This document shows, in pieces, positions 54,998-64,000 of a stretch of DNA of 64,000 nucleotides. The DNA is taken from contig JAAEQW010000150.1 of the NCBI GenBank assembly GCA_024231025.1, forward strand, positions 239 to 64,238. The letters are read 5' to 3'. Below the pieces are notes generated by a model. It was not told the origin of the DNA. It did not search any database and was given only the letters and a program-made list of their open reading frames with translations. Source of the DNA: Candidatus Omnitrophota bacterium (GTDB lineage: Bacteria > Omnitrophota > Gorgyraeia > Duberdicusellales > 4484-171). Within the stretch, counting starts at the first letter, position 1; the number at the start of each line of letters is the position of its first letter. The position numbers and the translations under genes were made by a program.

Positions 54998-57801
54998 GCG
55001 ATGTTATTACGTATAGCTTTAAAGACAATTTTATAGAAAAACTTTCTGATTTTCTTTATGATGACTTTTATAAAAAAGGTAAGTCGCTGGAGCGGGTTGC
55101 GTGTTGTTTTGGGGGAAAACGGCCGGCTTTATTCTTGCGTAAAGCGCTTAGCCGCAAAATCAAAACAAGCTATATTGGCCCGAGTGTATTTTCAATTGAT
55201 GAGTTTATAAACTATACTATTTCGCCAACAGCCCCCATAAAGCAGATAACCAGCCTTGACTCAAGCTTTTTGATTTATAGTTTAGCTAAAAAGCATGCCC
55301 CCGATATATTAAAAGGGCGCGATAATTTTGCTGAGTTTTTGCCCTGGGCCAGGGAGATAATTTCTTTTATTGAGCAAATTGACTGCGAAGATGTTGAAAG
55401 TAAAAATTTAGTCAATATTGAGAAAAGTGCTGATATTGGATATGAAATACCCGATAGCATAAATGCTTTGCTAAAGCACATTATAAAGCTGCGCAAATAT
55501 TATCACCAATCTTTAAGTGAGCAGGATCTTTATTCGAGGGGAACCAAATATCTTAAGGCAAAGGAAAAAGCTATTACCAATAGTTTTGACTCATTTGATA
55601 AAATCATATTTTGTAACTTCTTTTATATTAATTCTTCCGAAGCCGGGCTTATGAAAGCAATCCGCAGCAAGGGAAAGGGGATTTTTATTTTTCAGGGCAG
55701 CCAAGATGATTGGTCGGTGCTTGGTAAAAATGCCAAGAATTTTGGTGTACCAATTACTTGTCCCAAGCCCGCAATGGGTGATTTTAAACTTTATCAGGCT
55801 TTTGATATTCATTCTCAAGTTGCCGCAGTTAACGAGATAGTAAAAGCCGGCCCATGCGATAACACAGTTATAGTTTTGCCGCGTTCGGAGGTAGTTATCC
55901 CATTATTAACGCAGGTAAATTTGGGCAGTGAGTTTAATGTTTCAATGGGGTACCCATTGCGCCTGAGTCCGCTTTATGCTTTATTTAACTTATTAGCTAA
56001 AGCACAAGAAAATAAAAAAAATGGTAAGTATTATACCCGCGATTACTTAAATGTTCTTCGTCACCCATTGATTAAAAACCTTAAAATTACCTCCAGCGAA
56101 ATAATTAGCCGTGTGCTTATCCACAAATTGGAAGAGTCACTTTGCGGCTTCGATGAAACATCGATTGGCGGTAGCCTTTTTTTAAGTTTAGATGAAATTG
56201 AAGCAGAAGAAAAAATATTTCTACTTACCAAAGAGACCCTCAGTAATATGAAAACAGAGGCGAGCATTGAGGAATGTCGGCTTACTTTAAAGGAAATACA
56301 TTCTTTGGTTTTGCGTCAATGGGAAGGGGTTAACACTTTTGTGAAGTTTGCCGAAAATATGGGTGCTCTTTTAGACGTGTTGGTCGACAAAAGCATACTT
56401 TATAAGTTTGCTTTTAATTCGAAAGTTATTAACAGACTCTACGGCGTCAAAGATGATTTAGAAAATTTATCATTTTGCAACGAACACTTCCAGTCTGGTC
56501 AACTCTGGGACATATTTGGCCAGTTTTTACAAGGCGATAAGCTTTCTTTTTCCGGGTCACCGTTACGGGGTATGCAAGTTTTAGGGCTCTTTGAAACTCG
56601 ATCACTTAATTTTGATAATGTTATTATTGTTGATGCTAACGAGTCGGTGTTGCCCAAATTAAAAATATATGAACCATTGATTCCTCGTGAGGTAATGCTG
56701 AATCTTGGCCTAAACCGTCTTGAAAAAGAGGAAGAAATTCAGCGTTATCAATTTATGCGTTTGATTGCATCTGCTAAGGGCGTTCATTTAATTTATGAGG
56801 AAAGCTCCAATAAGGAAAGAAGCCGTTTTATCGAAGAGCTAATATGGAACAAGCAGAAACAAAGCGCTAAGTTAATGGCGATTCCCCCGCAGAAGATGAG
56901 TTTTGAAGTTAAAGTTTGCAGCAACGACAAAGTAATTGAGAAGACACCGGAGATGGTGCAATACTTAAGGCAAGCGACTTATTCAGCAAGCAGAATTAAT
57001 ACTTATTTGAGTTGTCCGTTAAATTTTTATTACAACTATTGCTTAGGACTAAAGGAAAAAAAAGATTCACTTGATGATCCTCAGGCCTCAACGGTGGGAA
57101 CTTTTATTCATGAACTTCTGGAAGATGTTTTCAGCCGGTTTCTCAGCACTCAACCAATTATTGATAAGGCGTTTCGCGTTTATTTTTTTAAAAGAATGGA
57201 TGAGCGCTTTAAGCATCAACTTACGCGTAGAATGAAGTCGGATTCATTTTTACTGAAAAAAATTATGACCATTCGAATGAACAAATTCTTAGATGCAGAA
57301 AGCAAGCGTAACGTTAAGCGCGTTATTTGTCTTGAAAAGAAAATAAAAGATACCATGACAATAATGGGCAATGATATTGAGTTTGTTTATACTGCCGATA
57401 GGGTTGACGAGCTCGGTGATGATAGTATAGTAATTATAGACTATAAAACCGGCGCAAGTAATATTGTCCCTAAAAAATTAAAGGCATTAGAGGCAATGGA
57501 AATGACACGTCCGTCGATTAAGGAAAATATACGTTCTTTTCAATTGCCGTTGTACTATTATTTTACTGAGAAGCAATACCCAGAACGTTCAATTAACGCT
57601 GAACTGTACAATTTAAGAACTACCGAACGTAAACCTTTTATATCTGATGCTAATCGCGCCTCGGTAGATAAGATGATGCAGGCTTGCAATAAAGCTTTGG
57701 AGTGTATTTTTTCTGATATTTTTGATATAAATGTACCGTTTGTCGCCGACAAAAACGAAAGGCGTTGTAGATTTTGCCCGTTTACAATGTTTTGTGAATA
57801 A
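54994..57801 (+). CDS. AddB-like PD-(D/E)XK nuclease with Fe-S cysteines
   Basis: SASRINTY..CP, GTFIHELLE, ADRVD, IDYKTG, QLPLY, CRFCPF...C; coupled to the AddA-like gene. Confidence 0.85.
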   Translation: MSDVITYSFKDNFIEKLSDFLYDDFYKKGKSLERVACCFGGKRPALFLRKALSRKIKTSYIGPSVFSIDEFINYTISPTAPIKQITSLDSSFLIYSLAKKHAPDILKGRDNFAEFLPWAREIISFIEQIDCEDVESKNLVNIEKSADIGYEIPDSINALLKHIIKLRKYYHQSLSEQDLYSRGTKYLKAKEKAITNSFDSFDKIIFCNFFYINSSEAGLMKAIRSKGKGIFIFQGSQDDWSVLGKNAKNFGVPITCPKPAMGDFKLYQAFDIHSQVAAVNEIVKAGPCDNTVIVLPRSEVVIPLLTQVNLGSEFNVSMGYPLRLSPLYALFNLLAKAQENKKNGKYYTRDYLNVLRHPLIKNLKITSSEIISRVLIHKLEESLCGFDETSIGGSLFLSLDEIEAEEKIFLLTKETLSNMKTEASIEECRLTLKEIHSLVLRQWEGVNTFVKFAENMGALLDVLVDKSILYKFAFNSKVINRLYGVKDDLENLSFCNEHFQSGQLWDIFGQFLQGDKLSFSGSPLRGMQVLGLFETRSLNFDNVIIVDANESVLPKLKIYEPLIPREVMLNLGLNRLEKEEEIQRYQFMRLIASAKGVHLIYEESSNKERSRFIEELIWNKQKQSAKLMAIPPQKMSFEVKVCSNDKVIEKTPEMVQYLRQATYSASRINTYLSCPLNFYYNYCLGLKEKKDSLDDPQASTVGTFIHELLEDVFSRFLSTQPIIDKAFRVYFFKRMDERFKHQLTRRMKSDSFLLKKIMTIRMNKFLDAESKRNVKRVICLEKKIKDTMTIMGNDIEFVYTADRVDELGDDSIVIIDYKTGASNIVPKKLKALEAMEMTRPSIKENIRSFQLPLYYYFTEKQYPERSINAELYNLRTTERKPFISDANRASVDKMMQACNKALECIFSDIFDINVPFVADKNERRCRFCPFTMFCE

Positions 57802-57804
57802 TTT

Positions 57805-58926
57805 ATGATTAGTAAATCATTTTTCCTAAAACTTCATGAATCAGCGAGCATGCAGCGCTGGAACGATCAAATTCGCACGGTAGAGCTTACCGAACTAGAC
57901 AAACAAGCGCATAAGATGATTATTGCTTATGTGCTGGGCAAGTATGAGCAGGATTTAAATAATAAAGATTTCAACTGGATTGAAGTGATTGAAGGTGGAA
58001 TTTTTGAATTTCTGCAAAGAACTATTCTCACTGATTTGAAACCGCCTCTTTTTCATCGCATAAAAGAGGACCATAAAAAATATAAAATGCTAAATACCTG
58101 GGTTTATGAAAGGATAAATCCGGTTATGGCATGTTTGGGTGATGATTTCTGCTTTCGTTTTAAAAAATATCTTCTTGATCCAGAGCGCAATATTAATCGG
58201 CGCATTATTAGTGCAGCCCATTTTTATGCAACAAAATGGGAGTTTGACATTATTGAACGAGCCAATCCTGATGGATACGAGATTGAGGAGATCGCTTGTG
58301 ATATTGTTGCTAAGCAAGAGAAATACCATGATCTTGAAAGTATGCAAATGCTTCTTTCCTCACAAAACTTAAAAAAGTTTGTTGATATTTGTGCTCAATT
58401 GCGTTTTCAAATTCGCTGGAGTCACCTGCATAGAGTGCCTAAGACTTCTGTATTGGGGCATATGTTAATTGTTGCGATGCAAGCGTACCTATTTTCTTTA
58501 GAGATTGGTGCAAGTAAGCAGCGATGCGTAAACAATTATTTTACTGGTCTTTTTCATGATTTGCCGGAGGTTTTAACGCGTGACATTATTAATCCGGTTA
58601 AAAAGTCTATTGAGGGTCTTAAAGCTTTGATTGAAGAGTATGAGCGCCAGGAAATGGAGAAAAAGATTTATAAACTTCTTCCCTTACAGTGGTGTGCGCA
58701 GATGAAAAGCTTTACCGAAGATGAATTTATAACCACTAAAACGCGCGATGGACAACTAGTGAAAGCTGCCGATGATTTGTCGGCGTTTATTGAAGCATAT
58801 TTAGCAATGAAAAATGGGATACAGAGTGAAGACTTAGAAGGGGCAAAATATTCTTTGATTGAGCAATATAAAGATAAGGTTATTAGTGGAGTCGATTTCG
58901 GACGTATTTATAAGAGTTTTGAATAA
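57805..58926 (+). CDS. HD-domain phosphohydrolase (duplicated YfbR-like domain)
   Basis: MQRWND...KQAHK; RW...SVLGH, FHDLPE..TRDI, KAADDL. Confidence 0.8.
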   Translation: MISKSFFLKLHESASMQRWNDQIRTVELTELDKQAHKMIIAYVLGKYEQDLNNKDFNWIEVIEGGIFEFLQRTILTDLKPPLFHRIKEDHKKYKMLNTWVYERINPVMACLGDDFCFRFKKYLLDPERNINRRIISAAHFYATKWEFDIIERANPDGYEIEEIACDIVAKQEKYHDLESMQMLLSSQNLKKFVDICAQLRFQIRWSHLHRVPKTSVLGHMLIVAMQAYLFSLEIGASKQRCVNNYFTGLFHDLPEVLTRDIINPVKKSIEGLKALIEEYERQEMEKKIYKLLPLQWCAQMKSFTEDEFITTKTRDGQLVKAADDLSAFIEAYLAMKNGIQSEDLEGAKYSLIEQYKDKVISGVDFGRIYKSFE

Positions 58927-58938
58927 AGGGAGGAGAAG

Positions 58939-59481
58939 ATGAAAAAGTTTTTCATTACGATGATGGTGGGTTTATTTTTATTTAATGGATGTGGGGAGGG
59001 TAATGCTATGGAAGAGAAGAAGGTTGTTCTACAAACAAATCAGGGCGATATTGAAATTAAACTAATGCCGGAGATAGCGCCAAAGACTTGTGAAAATTTT
59101 ATCGGCTTGATAGAAAAAGGGTATTATGATGGAATAATTTTTCATCGCATTATACCGAATTTTATGGTTCAAGGTGGTGATCCTACCGGAACCGGCAGAG
59201 GTGGCGAGTCACTTTGGGGGCAGCCATTTGAAGATGAAGTAACTCAATCGGTTGGGTTCACCAAGCCCGGATTGCTTGCTATGGCAAATGCCGGTCCAAA
59301 CACTAATGGCAGTCAGTTTTTTATTACGACTGCAGCTACTGGCTGGCTGAATATGAAACACACTATCTTTGGTGAAGTTACCTCAGGCTATGATGTAGTA
59401 GAGAAGATCGAAGGCGTAGAAACTGGTCCTGGTGATAAGCCAGTTGATGAACAGAAAATAATAAAAGCCTACGTTAAATAG
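58939..59481 (+). CDS. Cyclophilin-type peptidyl-prolyl isomerase
   Basis: APKTCENF, FHRII..FMVQGGDP, MANAGPNTNGSQFFIT, HTIFG; N-terminal lipoprotein-like signal. Confidence 0.95.
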   Translation: MKKFFITMMVGLFLFNGCGEGNAMEEKKVVLQTNQGDIEIKLMPEIAPKTCENFIGLIEKGYYDGIIFHRIIPNFMVQGGDPTGTGRGGESLWGQPFEDEVTQSVGFTKPGLLAMANAGPNTNGSQFFITTAATGWLNMKHTIFGEVTSGYDVVEKIEGVETGPGDKPVDEQKIIKAYVK

Positions 59482-59497
59482 TGTAAAACTATAATTG

Positions 59498-59647
59498 GTT
59501 TTAAGTTATAGGTTGTAGGTTTTAAGTTCGGAAATCCGGAAAAACTTACAACTTATAACTTACGACCGTACAAGGATTAAGTGATAAGGATTAAGAATTT
59601 TCCGGATTTCCGGACTTAATACTTACCACTTACGACTTACGACTAAG
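59498..59647. repeat. Two adjacent heptamer-arm palindromic units with TCCGGA core
   Basis: TAAG-type arm, GGAAATCCGGAAAAA core, CTTA arm; then AGGATTA arm, TTTTCCGGATTTCC core, CTTACGA arm. Confidence 0.85.
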
Positions 59648-59665
59648 TGTGGTTCTTAAGCAACG

Positions 59666-60226
59666 TTAATACCATTTTGCGATGAATTCACAGTGGTCGG
59701 CTCCATCAAGTTGGCAGGAAATCTCTTTAATCGCTATTCCGTGTGCGCCGCTTACTTCGAGTGTTCCTTTGGAATAACCCATTAAATAGTGGCAGTATGC
59801 TTTGTGGGGTATTTGGTTTTCATAAAGTGCGGCAACGGCAGAATTTTTGTCAGCCAAATCAACTTTTAGTCTGCCGTAATTATTGAGTTGGTTCCAAAGG
59901 CGAGAGCCTCTGGTTATTACATATCCTGGATCACCAAATTTAATGAATATCTTATATATTGTTGGGATGCTTTCTTTAGCTATAAGTGTGCCGATTTTTT
60001 CACTTACTGCGTAATCTCCACAGCCAAAGATTTCATCGGCCAAAGCGATAAGCCTGACAAAAGGTTCCTTTGGCTGCCAGGAACTGGCGGCGATGCGACT
60101 TTGAAGAACCATTCTGCCTTGTTGATTCATTTCTTGCATTATCATCTCAAGAGCGTCCGGACCAAACAGATTGGTTACTGTTTTTCTTGCCTGATTGTAC
60201 ATTTGTCCTTTGATACATGGAATCAT
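59666..60226 (-). CDS. Hypothetical protein, V4R / DUF2378-like ligand-binding fold
   Basis: IKG N-terminus, SSWQP, LW....G, YC....G...G.L...GA, E..C...GA.HCEF...W C-terminus. Confidence 0.65.
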   Translation of the reverse strand: MIPCIKGQMYNQARKTVTNLFGPDALEMIMQEMNQQGRMVLQSRIAASSWQPKEPFVRLIALADEIFGCGDYAVSEKIGTLIAKESIPTIYKIFIKFGDPGYVITRGSRLWNQLNNYGRLKVDLADKNSAVAALYENQIPHKAYCHYLMGYSKGTLEVSGAHGIAIKEISCQLDGADHCEFIAKWY

Positions 60227-60247
60227 TGACCTTCTCCCTTTGCAATT

Positions 60248-60276
60248 ATGATAGCAATCTACCTTTAGTATGTCAA
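60248..60276 (-). promoter_or_regulatory. Sigma70 promoter of the V4R-like gene
   Basis: TTGACA-N17-TATCAT (extended TG), then GGGAG SD. Confidence 0.7.
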
Positions 60277-60319
60277 TGGGTTACATCAAAGTTGGTTATC
60301 AAATAGCTAAAAGCGAAAA

Positions 60320-60429
60320 TCTAAGAGCGTAAGACCACGCAAGGATTAAGCGATAAGGATTAAGGATTAAGAATGAAGTTTTTCCGGATTTCCGAACTTA
60401 AAACTTACAACTAATAACTTAAGACTAAG
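60320..60429. repeat. Heptamer-arm palindromic unit with TCCGGA core
   Basis: Direct homolog of 59571-59647; 60376-60422 is an inverted copy of 59501-59547 (44/47). Confidence 0.85.
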
Positions 60430-60477
60430 ATCCAAATATGGATCGTCTAATTGGGTTTTTTCTGATATAATTATTGC

Positions 60478-60657
60478 ATGAAAATATTTTCAAAAATGCT
60501 GCTCATTGTGGTGTTAATCCTTGTGGGGTTTTCCTCAAATGGTTGCGCGGCTTTATCGCTTCCCTTTCAAGCGATTTCAACAGTTCTTAATTTAGTAGGG
60601 GAAGCCTTTAAACTTGCCCAGAGCTTGCCCAAACCTCCTCCGGGCGTATTTTTTTAA
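60478..60657 (+). CDS. Small lipoprotein (59 aa, not in ORF track)
   Basis: MKIFSKMLLIVVLILVGFSSNGC...LPKPPPGVFF*; TG-n-TATAAT 6 nt upstream; stop 4 nt before the next ATG. Confidence 0.65.
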   Translation: MKIFSKMLLIVVLILVGFSSNGCAALSLPFQAISTVLNLVGEAFKLAQSLPKPPPGVFF

Positions 60658-60661
60658 TAAA

Positions 60662-61876
60662 ATGCAAAAAAACAAACCTCAGCTAATATCACCGGCCGGT
60701 GACTGGCCCTCACTTAGAAGTGCAGTAGAGGCCGGTTGCGATTGTGTTTATTTTGGGGTTAAGGGTCTTAACATGCGCAATCGGGCGGATAATTTTGACC
60801 TTCTTGAACTGGGTAAAGTGATGGAGTTTCTTCATGGTAACGAAAAAAAAGGTTATCTTGCGCTTAATGTTATTGTGATGGATGGCGAAATAAAAAAGGT
60901 GCGTAAAATATTAGAAACCGCTAAAGAAGCGGCTGTTGATGGAGTAATCCTTTGGGACATGGCTGTTTTTTCCATTGCTAAAGAGTTAGGATTGAATATT
61001 CATATTTCTACTCAGGGGAGTGTATCGAACATAGAGGCTTTATCATTTTTTTCGAAATTAGGTGCTCATCAGGCGGTTCTTGCTCGTGAATGTACCTTAG
61101 AGAACATTAAAGGCATCTCAGAGCAAATTCAGAAACAAGGTATCCCATGTCAGTTAGAAGCTTTCATTCACGGTGCGATGTGCGTAAGCATCTCTGGCAG
61201 ATGTTTTCTTTCGCAGTATACATTTTCTAAGTCGGCTAATCGCGGCGAATGTTTACAGCCTTGTAGACGCGAATATGACATTATTGATAAAGAAGGAGAA
61301 GCCAACTACACCTTAGGGTGCGACTATGTTCTAAGTCCCAAAGATTTATGCACAATTGATTTCCTTGATCAGCTAATTGAAGCAAAAATAGGATCTTTTA
61401 AAATAGAAGGAAGAAAGCGTTCCCCCGAATACATTAAAGTGGTTACTTCAGTGTATCGGCGAGCGATTGATGCTTTTTTTGATGGCGCACTTAATGCGGC
61501 GCTAAAGAGCAAATTAAAAGATGAGTTGAGCAATGTTTATAATCGCGGATTTTCTTCGGGGTTCTACCTTGGTCGGCCTGGCGATGATGTGAGTCGAAAA
61601 CTCCAGCATAATTACGAAAAAGTATATATTGGTGAAGTTGCAAAATTTTTCAAAAAAATTAGTGTTGCTGAAATTCTGATTCAAAACGAATCCTTAAAGC
61701 AAGGCCAGGAAGTGCTTTTTATTGGTAAGAACACTCCTGCTTGTTTTACCACTGTTGAGCAATTGCAGCAAAATCATGCTTTTGTAAGTGAGGTATCTAA
61801 AGGGGAAAGGGTTGGAGTTAAGCTGGCATTTACTGTTCGAAGAAAGGATAAGGTCTTTTTGTGGCGCAAAAAGTGA
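60662..61876 (+). CDS. U32-family protein (TrhP/RlhA-like)
   Basis: SPAG, HISTQ, LARE, HGAMCVSISGRC, NRGECLQPCRR, LSPKDL, KIEGR. Confidence 0.9.
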   Translation: MQKNKPQLISPAGDWPSLRSAVEAGCDCVYFGVKGLNMRNRADNFDLLELGKVMEFLHGNEKKGYLALNVIVMDGEIKKVRKILETAKEAAVDGVILWDMAVFSIAKELGLNIHISTQGSVSNIEALSFFSKLGAHQAVLARECTLENIKGISEQIQKQGIPCQLEAFIHGAMCVSISGRCFLSQYTFSKSANRGECLQPCRREYDIIDKEGEANYTLGCDYVLSPKDLCTIDFLDQLIEAKIGSFKIEGRKRSPEYIKVVTSVYRRAIDAFFDGALNAALKSKLKDELSNVYNRGFSSGFYLGRPGDDVSRKLQHNYEKVYIGEVAKFFKKISVAEILIQNESLKQGQEVLFIGKNTPACFTTVEQLQQNHAFVSEVSKGERVGVKLAFTVRRKDKVFLWRKK

Positions 61877-61915
61877 CTCTGGTCACGAACCTTTTAATAT
61901 GGTAATATTTAGTCG

Positions 61916-63811
61916 ATGATTACAGAAAATAAGTTAGGTTTATGGGATGTTTTTTGCATGGCAACCGGGGCGATGATCTCTTCTGGTTTGTTTGTCTTGC
62001 CTGCGCTTGCCTACCGTTATGGTGGGCCATCAATAGTGATTTCTTATGTCCTTGCCGGTGTACTGGTGCTTCCGTCGGTGTTAAGTAAGGCTGAATTGAT
62101 TTCAGCAATGCCGAAAGCAGGAGGAACGTATTTTTTTATTGAACGTAGTTTTGGGCCGATTTCCGGAACATTTAGCGGTTTTGCTAATTGGTTTTCAATA
62201 AGTTTAAAAGGTGCTTTTGCTTTAGTTGGTATGGGTGCTTTTTTGGAATATTTCTTTCCTAACGTGAGCTATATGGAGATAAAGATTGCCGCGGCAATTT
62301 TTTGTGTATTCTTTATGTTAATCAACGTTTACAGCGTTAAAGCAAGCTTACGTGTTAACAATCTCATGGTAGTCTTTTTGCTTGGTGTTTGTGCTCTTTA
62401 TGTGGTGGGAAGCTTTATTGTTCTAAGCGGCAAAATGATTCCCTATGAGCACATTAGTCCGTTTATGCCCGGAGGATTAAAAGGCATTCTCTCTGTTGCA
62501 GGGATGGTTTTTATTTCTTATGGTGGTCTTACCAAAATTGCAACCATCGCTGAAGAAGTGAATAAGCCTTCAAAAACCATACCAAAAGCGATGTTTATTT
62601 CTTTTTTCGTAGTTCAAACTATATATGTACTTTGTGTTATTGTAACGATTGGTCTTTTATCTCCAAAAGAGCTAGGTTCAACGCTTATTCCTTTAACCCA
62701 TGGTGGTTTAAAAATGGGAGGAATGTTGTTTGGGGGATTTCTTTCGTTGGCGGCACTGGTCGCTTTTATAACGACAGCAAATGCCGGTATTGTTTCTTCG
62801 TCGCGTGTACCTTTAGCAATGGCTAAAGATGGTCTTTTGCCCAGCAGGTTTTCAACGGTTTCTTCTAAGCGGGGAGTACCGTATTTTTCTATCATAGTAA
62901 CTGGATTTTTTATGCTTACCTTGATTTTATTTCTAGATTTAGACAGCTTGGTTAAGACGGCTTCGACTTTGATGATAATTCTTTTTATGTATGTTAATCT
63001 TTCAGTAATCATTATGCGTGAGAGCAAAATCATAAATTATCGGCCACTCTTTCGTGCGCCACTTTATCCGTGGTTGCAAATAATTGCGATTATTGCCTAT
63101 GGTTTTCTGATTTATGAAATGGGTTATATTCCGCTTTTGATTGCCGCTATCTTTATTGGTTTAAGTCTTCTTTGGAATCTTTTTTATGTACGTAATAGAA
63201 TTAAGCGTCAATCTGCCTTGATGCATTTGGTGGAAAGAGTTACTGCTAAAGAATTTGTTGATACATCATTGGAAGAGGAGTTAAAAAAGATTCTTCACAA
63301 GCGTGACAATGTAATTAAGGATCGTTTTGATAGTTTGATTGAGAATTGTCCAGTGTTGGATATTGAAGAGTCAATGGAGCGCGATGAATTTTTCGACATC
63401 ATTTCGGATCTTCTCGCTAAAGAATTCGATATTAAGCCAGCGAAAATTAAAAAATTACTGATAGCAAGAGAAGAAGAGTCGCATACGGTTATTGATAAGG
63501 GATTAGCTATACCGCATATAGTTATTCCTGGTAAGGGCAAATTTGAAGTTATTGTTGTTCGTGCGCAAAAAGGAATAATTTTTTCTGTTGATGAGGAACC
63601 TGTTAATATAATTTTTGTCTTAGCCGGAAGTCACGATGAACGTAATTTCCATTTGCGTTCTTTGATGGCTATTGCCAACATCGTGAAAGAACCACATTTT
63701 TATAAGCAGTTTACTGGTGCGCGCAACGATGAAACCCTTCGGATTTTGATTCTGTCGTCAACAAGGAAGCGGCACAAAAATGTTTTTAATCTACATAAAA
63801 AGAGAAAATAA
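61916..63811 (+). CDS. APC-family amino acid permease fused to a C-terminal PTS EIIA domain
   Basis: GAMISSGLF, PKAGG.Y, AEEV..P, SRVP.AMA.DG; C-terminal REEESHT...GLAIPH, HLRSL. Confidence 0.88.
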   Translation: MITENKLGLWDVFCMATGAMISSGLFVLPALAYRYGGPSIVISYVLAGVLVLPSVLSKAELISAMPKAGGTYFFIERSFGPISGTFSGFANWFSISLKGAFALVGMGAFLEYFFPNVSYMEIKIAAAIFCVFFMLINVYSVKASLRVNNLMVVFLLGVCALYVVGSFIVLSGKMIPYEHISPFMPGGLKGILSVAGMVFISYGGLTKIATIAEEVNKPSKTIPKAMFISFFVVQTIYVLCVIVTIGLLSPKELGSTLIPLTHGGLKMGGMLFGGFLSLAALVAFITTANAGIVSSSRVPLAMAKDGLLPSRFSTVSSKRGVPYFSIIVTGFFMLTLILFLDLDSLVKTASTLMIILFMYVNLSVIIMRESKIINYRPLFRAPLYPWLQIIAIIAYGFLIYEMGYIPLLIAAIFIGLSLLWNLFYVRNRIKRQSALMHLVERVTAKEFVDTSLEEELKKILHKRDNVIKDRFDSLIENCPVLDIEESMERDEFFDIISDLLAKEFDIKPAKIKKLLIAREEESHTVIDKGLAIPHIVIPGKGKFEVIVVRAQKGIIFSVDEEPVNIIFVLAGSHDERNFHLRSLMAIANIVKEPHFYKQFTGARNDETLRILILSSTRKRHKNVFNLHKKRK

Positions 63812-64000
63812 ATGGTAAGAACGAAAATAATTGCTACTCTTGGGCCATCAAGTAGCCAAGAGAGTGTTTTGCGAAAAATGTTTACAAACGGGCTCGACAT
63901 CGTTCGCCTTAACTTTTCTCATGGTACCCATCAGCAGCATTTAGAGATGGTTAAAATCATTCGCAGTTTGAATAAAAAAATGCGCCGGCGAATAAAGATA
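63812..64000 (+). CDS. pyk: Pyruvate kinase (3'-truncated by window edge)
   Basis: MVRTKIIATLGPSS...GLDIVRLNFSHGTH. Confidence 0.92.
   Translation, partial: MVRTKIIATLGPSSSQESVLRKMFTNGLDIVRLNFSHGTHQQHLEMVKIIRSLNKKMRRRIKI

Noticed and set aside
51908-58926. Helicase + Cas4-like nuclease + HD protein as a defence or CRISPR system
   Set aside because: Motifs and sizes fit housekeeping AddAB repair plus a YfbR-like HD hydrolase; no array or other cas genes.
59498-59647. Possible CRISPR array
   Set aside because: No constant repeat with unique spacers and no cas genes; these are degenerate 7-bp tandem arms.
60614-60661. ORF-track start of the U32 gene at 60614
   Set aside because: It overlaps the small lipoprotein ORF; family similarity begins at ATG 60662.

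Overview
An AT-rich bacterial chromosome segment, almost all on the + strand and mostly housekeeping genes. These cover PEP carboxykinase, purC, mnmG, lipid A genes (lpxB, gnnA-like, msbA), rpsB-tsf-pyrH-frr, three tRNAs, a PTS cluster (EIIA, yvcK, HPr, EI), aromatic amino acid, histidine and riboflavin genes, lepAB, recA/recX, alaS, rplM-rpsI, an AddAB-like pair and the start of pyk. The gene style and the giant-protein architecture suggest Omnitrophota (OP3); this is an inference. The main finding is a signal-peptide-bearing ORF of about 2,520 aa (43149-50723). It strings together a class II fructose-bisphosphate-aldolase-like module, four mosaic ~113-aa repeats, an apparently intact GAPDH and a diverged triosephosphate isomerase, i.e. 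three consecutive glycolytic steps in an exported polyprotein. Upstream lie a sigma70 promoter, a perfect LacI/CcpA-type operator and a leader terminator. The second theme is intergenic: many operon junctions carry inverted arms of degenerate 7-bp repeats. One encloses a four-helix-bundle gene remnant and one set flanks a self-promoted inverted gene like a cassette. There are also GTAG-type REP hairpins (one inside the giant ORF), a decayed RAYT transposase and a hairpin-interrupted partial duplication of tRNA-Lys.
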